Source: Nitrosopumilus sp.
Lineage (GTDB): Archaea > Thermoproteota > Nitrososphaeria > Nitrososphaerales > Nitrosopumilaceae
Direction: 5' to 3'
Length of the DNA stretch: 64,000 nucleotides
Assembly: GCA_965214775.1 (NCBI GenBank)
Contig: OZ243974.1
Span: 2,272,001 to 2,336,000, forward strand
Under the pieces are notes generated by a model. The model was not told the origin of the DNA. It saw only the letters and a list, made by a program, of their open reading frames with translations, and ran no database searches. The number at the start of each line of letters is the position of its first letter. Positions within the stretch are counted from its first letter, which is position 1. Of the stretch, positions 50,057 to 60,189 are shown one piece after another. The position numbers were made by a program, and so were the translations under genes.

Positions 50057-50117
50057 TGATTGAATCGGCGTAAAGCAGTGGCAAATCTATTTTATTATCA
50101 AATGATTATTTCATCTA

Positions 50118-50615
50118 GTGGTTGTAGAGATATCAAAAATGTTACAACAAGCAATGGAATTCGTCGAAGATGACAATTTTGATGATGCACTGAAAATGTA
50201 TGATTTGGTTTTAAAAAAGGAACCAGAAAACATTCATGCCCTAATTGACAAGGGTGCAACCCTCCAAAATATGGGCAGAATAAAACTTGCAATCAAACAC
50301 TTTGACCGCGCATTAAAAGTCTCTCCCAAAAACCTTGATGCGTTATTAAACAAAGGTGCAGCATTACATTCAGAGGGAAGTCACTCTGAGGCAATCTTGT
50401 GCTATGATGCTGCGCTAAAAATTGACAAAAAATGTGCCGTGGCCCTTGCCTACAAAGGACTTTCTCTTGGAGAGATGAATCAATTAGAAGATGCAATAAT
50501 CCATTTCAAAAAGGCGCTATTAATTGACAGGGAATATGATCTTGCACACGTCTCAAAAGAGATTGCTCAGGAGTTGCTAAAATCTATCAAAGAGAAAAAA
50601 GCTAAAACACCGTAA
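50118..50615 (+). CDS. TPR protein
   Basis: About four TPR motifs. Confidence 0.88.
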   Translation: MVVEISKMLQQAMEFVEDDNFDDALKMYDLVLKKEPENIHALIDKGATLQNMGRIKLAIKHFDRALKVSPKNLDALLNKGAALHSEGSHSEAILCYDAALKIDKKCAVALAYKGLSLGEMNQLEDAIIHFKKALLIDREYDLAHVSKEIAQELLKSIKEKKAKTP

Positions 50616-50775
50616 CATCGCCTGGTGCTGGTTCTCTGTTTGTCTGTTTTTCATTTGATTCAAAAAAGTCGCCATGTTTGGAATTCTGGTGTTCCCTTAG
50701 TTCTTCAACATTGTCAAATCCCTCGTGACACAGATAACACTTTGGCTTGTGCTCATCTACTAGGGGCAGAACCAT
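50602..50775 (-). CDS. 57-aa C2H2 zinc-finger microprotein (not in the ORF track)
   Basis: CYLC...F.....L..H....H in MVLPLVDEHKPKCYLCHEGFDNVEELREHQNSKH...VTVF*. Confidence 0.78.
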   Translation of the reverse strand: MVLPLVDEHKPKCYLCHEGFDNVEELREHQNSKHGDFFESNEKQTNREPAPGDVTVF

Positions 50776-50826
50776 GATTTACTCTAGGCAATTGGCTACT
50801 TATCTTTTCAGACTAAGGAATATATC

Positions 50827-51945
50827 GTGATTAAACTGACTTTGGACATGCTAGAGCAATTATCTGGAGATTCCCAAGCACTTGATAGAGCCATTGCCGG
50901 CAAGGAACTGTCCTACAAGGATGGCTTGGAATTGATGAATTATGACAACCTGCATTTGCTTGGGGCAGTAGCTGATGCCTCTAGGAAAAAACTGGTTGGC
51001 GATACCGTTACTTTTGCGGCATCCTATTACATGAATTACACAAATGTATGTGCTGCAAGCTGTCAAATGTGTGCATTTTATCGAAAGGACGGCGCCGATG
51101 ATGCATACACCCTGACTCCTCAAGAAATTGAGCAACGTGTTTCAATTGCAAAGCAAATGAACGCAACTGAGGTTCATATTGTTGGCGGTTTTCACCCAAA
51201 GCTTCCTCTGGAATATTACGAGGACATGATACGGACCATCAAAAAAAATCATCCTGAGTTAAACATCAAGGCATTGACTGCTGCAGAAATCTTCTACCTC
51301 TCAAAACTTACGCAAAATTCTACCCGGGAGATTCTGTCCCGCCTAAAAGATGCCGGGCTTGATTCCATGCCTGGTGGCGGTGCCGAACTGTTTCATCCTG
51401 ATATTCGAGGAAAAATTGTTCGTGGAAAATGTTCTGGCCAACAGTGGCTAGATGTGATAGAAGAGGCTCACAACCTTGGAATTCAAAGCAACGTAACCAT
51501 GCTGTACGGCCACATTGAAAAACCTGAACATATCATTGATCATCTCATTAAGATTAGGGAATTGCAAAAGAAGACTGGAGGGTTTATCACCTTGATTCCG
51601 TTAAAATTCAGTCTAGATAATACGGAACTAGAACAAGAACACTTGGTAAATAACGAATGCTCTTCAGTTTATGATCTTAGGATAATAGCTCTTTCTCGAC
51701 TGATGCTGGCAAATGTCCTAAACAACATTTCGGTGTACTGGGTCGCATACGGGAAAAAACTTGCCCAGGTTGCACTGTCTAATGGGGGAAGTGATCTGGT
51801 AGGCACTGCATTTTCTGAAGAAATCTATCGTGCAGCAGGAAAATCCACTGCCTCGTCAATTGACGAGCTAGCAACAATGGTCAAGGAAATTGGCCGTTCT
51901 GCTGCACAGCGAAACACTCATTTTAAAATTTTAAACCAGTTCTGA
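50827..51945 (+). CDS. mqnE: CofH/MqnE-family radical SAM enzyme, probably aminofutalosine synthase
   Basis: TNVC...C..CAF, EVHIVGG.HP, SMPGGGAE, TMLYGHIE; mqnD nearby. Confidence 0.8.
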   Translation: MIKLTLDMLEQLSGDSQALDRAIAGKELSYKDGLELMNYDNLHLLGAVADASRKKLVGDTVTFAASYYMNYTNVCAASCQMCAFYRKDGADDAYTLTPQEIEQRVSIAKQMNATEVHIVGGFHPKLPLEYYEDMIRTIKKNHPELNIKALTAAEIFYLSKLTQNSTREILSRLKDAGLDSMPGGGAELFHPDIRGKIVRGKCSGQQWLDVIEEAHNLGIQSNVTMLYGHIEKPEHIIDHLIKIRELQKKTGGFITLIPLKFSLDNTELEQEHLVNNECSSVYDLRIIALSRLMLANVLNNISVYWVAYGKKLAQVALSNGGSDLVGTAFSEEIYRAAGKSTASSIDELATMVKEIGRSAAQRNTHFKILNQF

Positions 51946-52022
51946 TTCCATGCTTGGGTGTTTCTTGACTGATTCTATCATGTCTTTCATGCTTGTCTTT
52001 TCTTGAACCAACTTTGATTACT

Positions 52023-53557
52023 AGACTTTATGCGTAATCGGCCCATCTGATCTAAAAATACGACACAATAGATCATTATTTGCACACCAACAACCCTAAA
52101 GATCTGTATGATTCCCTAACTGTATGGGTTCAAATGACAAGACTCTCCAAGCATTTCAAGCGTTACAAGCGCAACACGAGATGCTAGTCGAGCAACACGA
52201 GCAGGTATCCAAGCAAAACAAACAGATGTCCAAGCAAAACGAGCGTATGAGGAAGCAGCTTGCGTTTGAGGACTCGTTGTGGCAGTCCGAAGAAAACAAG
52301 ACAAAAAGAGTCGTGCGCGGCGGGACGCCTCTGCGGATGCACGCAATCGAGGTTGCAGACGGCATAATCGGCGATCCGGTGCGCCTTCGCAACGTCACGG
52401 GATGCACAAAGGAGTCATTTACGATCATACTGGAGCGCTTTACGGAAGAAGTCATGGTCGACGAGGACAGACCCCTGTTCTGGGAGGACGACGTAAGAGG
52501 CGGCGATGCCGGAAACCGGTGCAAACTGTACATCAGGCACGCGCTACTTGCAGTACTCATGAGCATAAGGACCAAGGCAACGCAGCATCATCTGGCCGCA
52601 ACGTTTGACGTCGACCAGTCCACAATGTCCAGGTACCTCCGGTACGGTGCCGTGTTACTGCGCCGGCTCCTGCCTGCCTCCGAAAAGCTAACAAGCATCA
52701 TCTGCAAGACCCCGGCAGGCAAGCTGGAGGAGGTGCTGATCCCAAAAAAGACGCTCCTGATTGACGGCACCCTGACTCCGGTAGACAGGCCCGGGGACAG
52801 GACCGCAAGAAAGACCAGATACTCGGGAAGAAAAAAGCGGCACATGTTCAACACGATAATTACCTCGAACCTGGACGGCCTCATACTGCACTGCGGCAAG
52901 ACTGTGGACGGAAGCGTCAACGACAAGGGCGTGATGAACGCAGGGGGCGGCCCGGACTTTGGAAGGCACACCGGATCAATGAGGAATGCAAAAAACGCAG
53001 ACGATCCGGAAGAGGCGTTTGTGATTTACAGCGACCTGGGATTTGAGGGCATTCAAAAGATGCTTCCGGGCGCCATACACAGGCAGCCCCCAAAGAAGCC
53101 CAGGGACGGGGATCTTACTGCAACACAAAAGAGGCGCCGCAAGCAGATAAGCAGGGTTCGCGTCAGAGTGGAGCACCACATAGGGCGGCTCAAAAGATAT
53201 GGCATTCTTACCATGCCGTTTGGCGGAACTGCCAAGGATCTAAACTATTTCATGCAGATAATCACGGGTCTTGAGAACCTCAAGACGATGTTGAAAAGGA
53301 AAAAACACTATGGCCAGCTGCTGCAGCAGCTGCATCTGCTGCCAGACACATGACATACGGCGGCACGGACCGCCATTCTTTCTGACTTGTCAAAGGGGCA
53401 CATTGCCGTGCTGCATGGTTGCGCACGTTCTTTTGGCGCAACTGGCTTTTACGTGCGTCATGACACGAGATGCATGCGGTAATTTGATCCGATCAGCGCA
53501 TTTGCGTTTGGAAAAGCCTACGGAATTTTTAATCACGGTCGATTACGCATAAAGTCT
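52023..53557 (+). mobile_element. IS5-family (ISL2-group) element, copy 3, 1535 bp
   Basis: 18-bp TIRs, ACT duplicated; 21 bp shorter than copy 2. Confidence 0.97.
52124..53353 (+). CDS. DDE_Tnp_4-type transposase (409 aa)
   Basis: Near-identical to 18248-19498 with one HEMLVEQ unit fewer. Confidence 0.95.
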   Translation: MGSNDKTLQAFQALQAQHEMLVEQHEQVSKQNKQMSKQNERMRKQLAFEDSLWQSEENKTKRVVRGGTPLRMHAIEVADGIIGDPVRLRNVTGCTKESFTIILERFTEEVMVDEDRPLFWEDDVRGGDAGNRCKLYIRHALLAVLMSIRTKATQHHLAATFDVDQSTMSRYLRYGAVLLRRLLPASEKLTSIICKTPAGKLEEVLIPKKTLLIDGTLTPVDRPGDRTARKTRYSGRKKRHMFNTIITSNLDGLILHCGKTVDGSVNDKGVMNAGGGPDFGRHTGSMRNAKNADDPEEAFVIYSDLGFEGIQKMLPGAIHRQPPKKPRDGDLTATQKRRRKQISRVRVRVEHHIGRLKRYGILTMPFGGTAKDLNYFMQIITGLENLKTMLKRKKHYGQLLQQLHLLPDT

Positions 53558-53733
53558 ACTGCTTTTGTCCTTGCAATTTCTAAACTGTGAACTGTCTCTG
53601 ACATTTTCTCTGCATCCTGACTGATTTCATGCTGCCTGATTCTAAGGCTGTCCACACGGGATACCCATGTCTCAAATCTTCCATCCCTTGAATTGATCTT
53701 ACTGCTTTGGCAGTGTAAAAACTGGTACCGGTA

Positions 53734-53812
53734 TGGCAACGAGCAGAAGTCTTTGAGTCAAAACATGGCCAGATTGCCCGTAAAAGACCTCAATTATTTG
53801 TGAGCGTTGCTA
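53734..53812. mobile_element. 79-bp TA-flanked MITE, copy 2
   Basis: Near-identical to 43207-43285, TA on both sides. Confidence 0.88.
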
Positions 53813-53904
53813 TAGTTTTTTGTGGCCACTGGATAGGCGATGCTGGTTTATGCCCGAGTCATATCTTCTTACGTTCAACAAATTACGACAAAGGCCTTGA
53901 ATTA

Positions 53905-54183
53905 CTATTCTGCAGGTTTCTTCTCTGCCTTTTTTGCACTGCCTTTTTTGCGTCTTGCTCCAAAACTAACTAGCACAAGCAAGAATCCAACACCGACTAA
54001 GATCCCCGAAAGCATCTGATAAGCCTGGTTTTCATCTTCGGCAACCATCAAATCAATTATCTCTTCTTCGGTCATGCCTGATTCTCCCAACGGTGGCTGG
54101 CTCATTGCTGCTGCAATTACCGCCATGCCTGCTGCTATCATGACAATTCCGCCGGCAAAAATTTTCTTATCTAATAGGACCAT
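53905..54183 (-). CDS. Hypothetical membrane protein (2 TM)
   Basis: Two hydrophobic segments and a basic tail. Confidence 0.75.
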   Translation of the reverse strand: MVLLDKKIFAGGIVMIAAGMAVIAAAMSQPPLGESGMTEEEIIDLMVAEDENQAYQMLSGILVGVGFLLVLVSFGARRKKGSAKKAEKKPAE

Positions 54184-54225
54184 TTTCTACTATAAATTGA
54201 ATCTCATCATATATTAGGCATTTTC

Positions 54226-54519
54226 TCAAAATCCCTTTGGTGGCCTTTGAACAAAGACGTTGCAAACCAGTGCGTCTGTCTTTGAATCTCTATACTGGAC
54301 ATTACAGGATAGAAATTTTCCTTTCAAGGCATGTTCTAACTGCTCCCTGGTAGTTTCAACATATTGCAAATTATCTGGATTATCGATTTTTGCAATGATG
54401 ATTTTTTCCGTTTTTCCGTATTCTTCTTTGTTGTCTTTTCTTACATGACTTACAACCATTCGAAATGCATTTCCAGCTAAAACCTCCATTACCGGACCTC
54501 CTATCCCGTCACCCATCAA
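54226..54519 (-). CDS. Hypothetical protein, possibly thermonuclease-like OB fold
   Basis: V.EV..G..F, L...L.GK...C.V..RD pattern; catalytic residues not evident. Confidence 0.6.
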   Translation of the reverse strand: MMGDGIGGPVMEVLAGNAFRMVVSHVRKDNKEEYGKTEKIIIAKIDNPDNLQYVETTREQLEHALKGKFLSCNVQYRDSKTDALVCNVFVQRPPKGF

Positions 54520-54543
54520 TTTTAAAAAATTTTCGTTCTATAA

Positions 54544-55392
54544 TTACTTGGTGGCAATACTTGGTTCAAAGTCTGGGACAAGATTTTTCTTTTTGGCCAT
54601 TTCAAAGAGTCTTCTAATTGACTGCTCGCCTGTGTCTCCCATGTTGACTGTAACTTTGTTTACATACATCCTGACAAATTTCTCAATCAAGTCCCTTGGC
54701 TTTCCTCTCGAGTACCGCATTGCATACTCTAGTGCATCATTGAAATTTTCTAATCCAAATTCGATGGATGCCTGAAGATATCTGTCAAACTTTGCAATTG
54801 TATCTGTACCCAACTCTGTCTTCATTACATTGATTCCCAGAGGAACCGGGAGCCCGTTTGTGGTCTTGTCCCACCATTTACCAACATCCAAAACCTTGAC
54901 ATTGCCTTCCTGCTTGTATGACAATTGCGTCTCATGAATCACCAAACCTGCATCTGCCCTTCCTGATTTTACAGCTTCAGGAATATCGCTGAAATCCATC
55001 TCTACGTAATCAAACTTTCCAATCATTAGCTGAAGTAACAAAAATGCCGAAGTCATTTTGCCTGGAACCACAATCTTGCATTTTTTGATTTCATCGATGT
55101 CCATTTGTTCTCTTGCAGTTACAATTGGCCCATACCCAATTCCGAAACTTCCTCCGCTTCGTAAAATCGTATATCCGGGGATGTATGCGCATGCGTGAAC
55201 TGATACGGCCGTTACATCTAGATGTTGAGGATCTGCTGCTGCTCCTCCTGCTGCGGCTTTGCGATTTAGTCTCTCAATGTCTTCTATTACGTGGTTTACC
55301 TTAAAGTCTGGCGAGGGAACTTTTCCTGTGAACATTCCATAAAACATGAATGCATCATCAGAGTCCGGAGTATGCCCGACAGATATTTCCAT
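54544..55392 (-). CDS. mqnD: 1,4-dihydroxy-6-naphthoate synthase (futalosine pathway)
   Basis: GHTPD.DDAFMFY, G.GYGP, PG..TSA, GLVIHE, W...T.GLP.PLG, MYVN. Confidence 0.88.
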   Translation of the reverse strand: MEISVGHTPDSDDAFMFYGMFTGKVPSPDFKVNHVIEDIERLNRKAAAGGAAADPQHLDVTAVSVHACAYIPGYTILRSGGSFGIGYGPIVTAREQMDIDEIKKCKIVVPGKMTSAFLLLQLMIGKFDYVEMDFSDIPEAVKSGRADAGLVIHETQLSYKQEGNVKVLDVGKWWDKTTNGLPVPLGINVMKTELGTDTIAKFDRYLQASIEFGLENFNDALEYAMRYSRGKPRDLIEKFVRMYVNKVTVNMGDTGEQSIRRLFEMAKKKNLVPDFEPSIATK

Positions 55393-55466
55393 GTCTGACT
55401 GAAAATCCAGTCGTAATAAAAATTAAAACCCGTCTTCAAATCGTCTTTCTAATATATGTCTCAGTG

Positions 55467-56387
55467 GTGATAAATCCTGTGAACACGATTACTGCATTTG
55501 AAAGGGACGTTGATCTTCAAATTTCCCTTCTAAAGTCGTTTAAGAAGCAAAAGCCCATTTCAAAAAACAAACAAAAAAACACTGTTTTTTCTGGAAGCGG
55601 CGATTCTCTTGCCTCATCGATGTTGGCAGAATCGCTTTCTGATGGCATGATTCGAGCCGCAGATCCGATGGATTTGTATTGCAACAAATCTGCTGTAAAA
55701 ACAAAGAACATCTATTTTGTTTCGATATCTGGAAATACAATTACTGGCATAAAGGCTGCCAGGTATGCCAAGCACTCCACAGCTATTACTGCCAGACCTA
55801 ACAGCAGACTGGCATCTGCCGCTGACAAGGCAATAATTCTGAATGTCGACACCCCCCATGTTTTTACTGCAGGAAGCATCTCCTTTTTAGAAAGTGCCCT
55901 TACCTGCATGTCTCTGGTAAAAAACATCAAAATTCCCAGAAATTCAAAACTCTTCTTAAAAGCAAAAAGTGATTCCCAAAAATTCTGCGTTTCAAAAAGA
56001 ATCTACGTGCTGGGAAACCAGTTCACTTTTCCTTTGGCCATGTACTGTGCTGCCAAATTTTATGAGATTATGGGCTATGATGCTCACTATTGTAAGATTG
56101 AACAGTTTTCCCATATGGAACTGTTCTCGGCAAAAAGGGGAGACACTGTCATCGTTTTTGAAGAAAAAAATCCGCACAATTCCCAACTGGCAAAAAACCT
56201 CGAAAAAATTGGCATAAACGTGATCCATCCATCAGTTCCAACTACTGGCAGGGTATCCCAATTTCTCTACTGTACGTTTTTTTCGCAGTTTCTTGCTCTA
56301 AACGAATCCAAAAGAAAACGTAAACGAGACTGTTACTTTGTCACCGCAAAAAAACTTCGAGACGTCAGCAATCAAATGATCTACTGA
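55467..56387 (+). CDS. SIS-domain sugar isomerase-like protein (start uncertain)
   Basis: FSGSGDS, SISGNT, AITA...S.LA, EQFSH; the ORF-track start at 55350 overlaps mqnD. Confidence 0.8.
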   Translation: MINPVNTITAFERDVDLQISLLKSFKKQKPISKNKQKNTVFSGSGDSLASSMLAESLSDGMIRAADPMDLYCNKSAVKTKNIYFVSISGNTITGIKAARYAKHSTAITARPNSRLASAADKAIILNVDTPHVFTAGSISFLESALTCMSLVKNIKIPRNSKLFLKAKSDSQKFCVSKRIYVLGNQFTFPLAMYCAAKFYEIMGYDAHYCKIEQFSHMELFSAKRGDTVIVFEEKNPHNSQLAKNLEKIGINVIHPSVPTTGRVSQFLYCTFFSQFLALNESKRKRKRDCYFVTAKKLRDVSNQMIY

Positions 56388-56438
56388 TCCTTTTTTCAAA
56401 GGCCAAGGTTTAATAGCTGAATACTAGGGTGTGCGAAC

Positions 56439-58631
56439 ATGGTAAAATTCAAGTCGACTGGTGAGGTTTTGAAAATTATCAAAAACAAGGATAATATCAG
56501 AAACTTTGGCGTCATTGCGCACGTTGACCATGGAAAAACCACCATGAGTGATAGCCTTTTAGCTTACTCTGGAATCATTGCCCCGTCTGCTGCCGGCAAG
56601 GCCCTGGCAATGGACTTTGATAAGGAAGAACAACAGAGGGGAATTACAATTTATCAGGCAAACGTAACTTTGCTTTTCCAGCAAAAAGACGACGAATATG
56701 TCATTAACATGATTGATACTCCCGGACACGTTGACTTTAGCGGAAGGGTAATTCGCAGTCTTAGGGCAATTGACGGCGCAGTGGTAGTATGTGATGCAGT
56801 CGAAGGCATCATGACACAAACTGAAACTGTTACAAGAATGGCACTCGAAGAAAGAGTAAAACCTGTCTTGTTCATCAACAAAGTCGACAGGCTCATCAAA
56901 GAACTCCGGCTAACTCCTGAAAAAATGCAACAGCAGCTAGCCGAGGTGGTCTCTAACTTTAACCAGCTGATTGATACGTATGCAGAACCTGAATACAAGG
57001 AAAAATGGAAGATTTCAATTCAGGATGCTAGTGTCACATTTGGTTCTGCCAAAGACAGATGGGCAATCAATGTTGACTTGATGAAAGAGCGTGGAATTAC
57101 GTTCAAGGATGTTATTGATGCCTATGAGAATGAAAAAGTCCCTGACCTGGTAGAAAAGGCGCCACTGGCAGATGCCGTCCTGGGAATGGTCGTAAAGCAC
57201 CATCCTGCGCCATACGAGGCCGTAAAATACAGAATTCCGCAAATCTGGAAAGGTGATTTGGATTCAGATGTTGGAAAAGCGCTGCTTGCATGCAGAGATG
57301 ACGGGCCGACAATTATGATGATTGTAAACATGGTATTGGATCCTGCAGCAGGGCCTGTTGCAATTGGAAGGTTGTTTTCAGGAACTATCAAAGACGGGCA
57401 AACCATTCAAATCATTGATGAAAAACGTGAAGGAAGGGTCCAATCTGTCAACTTTTTTATGGGAAATCAAAGAGAGCAGGTTGGCGAATTGGGCGCCGGA
57501 AACATTCCTGCCTTACTGGGACTGACTGAAGCCAGGGCGGGAAATACCCTGTCAACTGTAAAGGACATTCAGATGTTTGAAGGTGTAAAATATGTTTCAG
57601 AGCCGGTTGTTCAAGTTGCAGTTGAACCAAAACATCCAAAAGATTTGCCCAAACTCGTGGAGGTTCTCAAACAATTGACAATCGAGGATCCCAACTTGGT
57701 TGTAAAAATTGACGAGGAGAGCGGAGAGACCATTGTTGCTGGAATGGGCGTATTGCACCTTGATGTTGCAACGCATAGGATTCAAGACGCCAAAGTTGAA
57801 ATTGTAACTTCTGAACCTTTGATTAATTATCGTGAAACCGTAAAATCCGGTTGTGAACCGATCATGTCAAAATCACCAAATAGGCACAATAAGATTTTCA
57901 TGAAAGTAGAACCTCTGGAGCCTGAAATTGCAAACATGTTAAGAACCGGCGAAGTCAGCGACATGAAAGACAAAAAAGTCGTTGCCGATTTGCTAAAGGG
58001 CGCCGGCTGGGACACTGACACAGTTAAGAGAGTCATGAAACTTGATTCTCGGGGAAACGTCCTGATTAATGGGACAAAGGGAGTCCAATTTGTTCAGGAA
58101 TCAACTGATTCAATCAATTCTGGATTTGACGAAGTGATGAAAGAAGGCCCTTTGTGCAAGGAGCAAATGAGAGACTGTAAATTCACGTTTACTCACTTTG
58201 TTCCTCACGAGGATACTGCACACAGGGGCCTATCACAACTAGGCCCTGCATCAAGACGCGCTTGTACTGGCGCATTACTGACTGCTGGAACTACAGTTTT
58301 GGAGCCGACATTGGCCATCGAAGTCAGGGTTCCAACTGATTTGGTTGGAAACGTGGCAACCGTTCTTTCTGGAAAAAGAGGCAAAGTACTGGATATGGCT
58401 CAAAAAGGCGCGTCAAGTATTGTGACTGGCGAAATCCCTGCTTCTGAGACCTTTACATTGTCTGAAGAAATGAGAGGTCAGACTGCCGGCCGTGCAACCT
58501 GGAACACCTCATTTAAGGCATGGACTGAAGTTCCCAAATCTCTTTTACAATCTGCCGTTGCCGATATTAGGAAGAGAAAGGGCCTTGCTCCGGAACCGCC
58601 GGGTGCAGGCGAGTTCATTGACAAGGAATAA
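56439..58631 (+). CDS. fusA: Elongation factor 2
   Basis: AHVDHGKTT, RGITI, DTPGHVDF, NKVD, diphthamide loop HEDTAHRG. Confidence 0.98.
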   Translation: MVKFKSTGEVLKIIKNKDNIRNFGVIAHVDHGKTTMSDSLLAYSGIIAPSAAGKALAMDFDKEEQQRGITIYQANVTLLFQQKDDEYVINMIDTPGHVDFSGRVIRSLRAIDGAVVVCDAVEGIMTQTETVTRMALEERVKPVLFINKVDRLIKELRLTPEKMQQQLAEVVSNFNQLIDTYAEPEYKEKWKISIQDASVTFGSAKDRWAINVDLMKERGITFKDVIDAYENEKVPDLVEKAPLADAVLGMVVKHHPAPYEAVKYRIPQIWKGDLDSDVGKALLACRDDGPTIMMIVNMVLDPAAGPVAIGRLFSGTIKDGQTIQIIDEKREGRVQSVNFFMGNQREQVGELGAGNIPALLGLTEARAGNTLSTVKDIQMFEGVKYVSEPVVQVAVEPKHPKDLPKLVEVLKQLTIEDPNLVVKIDEESGETIVAGMGVLHLDVATHRIQDAKVEIVTSEPLINYRETVKSGCEPIMSKSPNRHNKIFMKVEPLEPEIANMLRTGEVSDMKDKKVVADLLKGAGWDTDTVKRVMKLDSRGNVLINGTKGVQFVQESTDSINSGFDEVMKEGPLCKEQMRDCKFTFTHFVPHEDTAHRGLSQLGPASRRACTGALLTAGTTVLEPTLAIEVRVPTDLVGNVATVLSGKRGKVLDMAQKGASSIVTGEIPASETFTLSEEMRGQTAGRATWNTSFKAWTEVPKSLLQSAVADIRKRKGLAPEPPGAGEFIDKE

Positions 58632-58835
58632 TATTTCAAGACTTCTTGCCACGTCAATGGATTCCAGATCCCGCCGGATTGCTTAGATGATGACGATGAG
58701 GAGGAGGAAAGCAAGACACCATCTGTTGCCTGAAATCAAGGGCGGATCTCAAAAAGAAAAAAAGAAAAAGAAACTGAAAAACATGCAACGGATCCGGATC
58801 AAGGCCCAGACAACGAACATGCCCTGTAATTGCTT

Positions 58836-59345
58836 TTACTCTGTAATTTCCTTAAACTCGTCCATCCTTTTGACTTCTTGAAAATCTAGATCCTGTCTTG
58901 CTTTTGCCTTGATTGAAAAGTCTGACTTGACTGCTTTTTCTAAAACCCTCATACCTTCTCTCACATTTTGCATTTTTACAAGAGTTGACGCCTTGTTGTA
59001 TAACGCTGTAGCGTTATCTGGTTTTGATTTAAGAACTCTGTCATAACAGTCTAACGCAGCTTGAAATTCATTTTCAAAATGATGGGCCAATCCCTTGTTT
59101 AACCAGGCAAGCAGGTTTTGATCATCCTGTGCCAGGATTTTATCATAATGAGCAATTGCTTGCTGATCTTTGGCAAGTTTTCCTAAAATGTGCCCTTTTC
59201 TTAACAACGCCTCGGTGTTATTGGGATATTGAGACAGTATTCTGTCATACACAACTGATGCCTCAGTTGGATTTCCCAGATTAAGCAACATCTGACCATC
59301 TTTCAATAATTTCTGAATATCATATTTCATGATTCTTTCAAACAC
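58836..59345 (-). CDS. TPR protein
   Basis: About four TPR motifs. Confidence 0.86.
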   Translation of the reverse strand: MFERIMKYDIQKLLKDGQMLLNLGNPTEASVVYDRILSQYPNNTEALLRKGHILGKLAKDQQAIAHYDKILAQDDQNLLAWLNKGLAHHFENEFQAALDCYDRVLKSKPDNATALYNKASTLVKMQNVREGMRVLEKAVKSDFSIKAKARQDLDFQEVKRMDEFKEITE

Positions 59346-59445
59346 TGTGTTTTAATGAGATTTGTGATTGTGATAAGATGAGGTGATTTCCCTCCATGGG
59401 CGGCGCCAAAAATTACCGCAACAAACGATTCAAAAAAAAAAAACT

Positions 59446-59524
59446 AGACTTTATGCGTAATCATCTCAGATCTGGGGTTATCACGAACAAATCCGTCTTA
59501 TTCAGGCCATTACGCATGAAGCCT
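59446..59524. mobile_element. 79-bp MITE carrying the ISL2-type TIRs
   Basis: AGACTTTATGCGTAATC left end, degenerate ATTACGCATGAAGCCT right end, ACT duplicated. Confidence 0.9.
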
Positions 59525-59699
59525 ACTCGCCGAAAAGGAAGACAATCTAGAGCAAGAAATTGATCATATACTGTAAAGAAGAATCTGACTGGCCAATGAG
59601 GATTCTGAGGCCGAGTCAAACTAAACTGCTAGTTGTCAAATTTCTCTGTCATTTCTCCCTGACAGCCAACATAGAGGCTGCATGCAGACCCGGTGAAAA

Positions 59700-59984
59700 A
59701 TGAGTCGGTTAGAGCCCAAACTGGAATCATGTGAGCATGAAAGGATTGCTCTAGAAGCAATTCGACAAAACCCAACTTTGCACCATAACGCATTGCTTCA
59801 ACATCGTGTTATTCCAAAATTCATGTCAAAAACAACTTTGAAAAATACAAGAAATTCACTTATTGACAAAGATATGATCTGTGTGAAAATTAGACAAAAC
59901 ATGAGATTTTGTCACCCGACTGGAAATTTTGAACATGCTTCACATCGGCATGTTGAGCAAAACACCGGCAATCCTGCTTTATGA
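59700..59984 (+). CDS. Small wHTH-like hypothetical protein, possibly truncated
   Basis: I..NP..HH..L, MSK.T......L pattern. Confidence 0.45.
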   Translation: MSRLEPKLESCEHERIALEAIRQNPTLHHNALLQHRVIPKFMSKTTLKNTRNSLIDKDMICVKIRQNMRFCHPTGNFEHASHRHVEQNTGNPAL

Positions 59985-60189
59985 TCTAAAATCACAAATA
60001 AGAAAACTAGAAACTGATTTTTCGCAACAGCTCGGGCTGTAATGGGATGGCCCCTGCCTAGGCAGCAATCAGGCACACATTTGCCTGCAGTTGTGATTTT
60101 CATGCCTGTCCGGCAGGGAGGCGTGACTTTAATTCTGCCTATGGACTACCCTATTACCAATTATATACTATCATGCGGCCATCCGGATT

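Noticed and set aside
51946-53870. Gene disrupted by ISL2 copy 3 and the TA MITE
   Set aside because: A minus frame can be rejoined across both insertions but has no start codon or recognisable homology.
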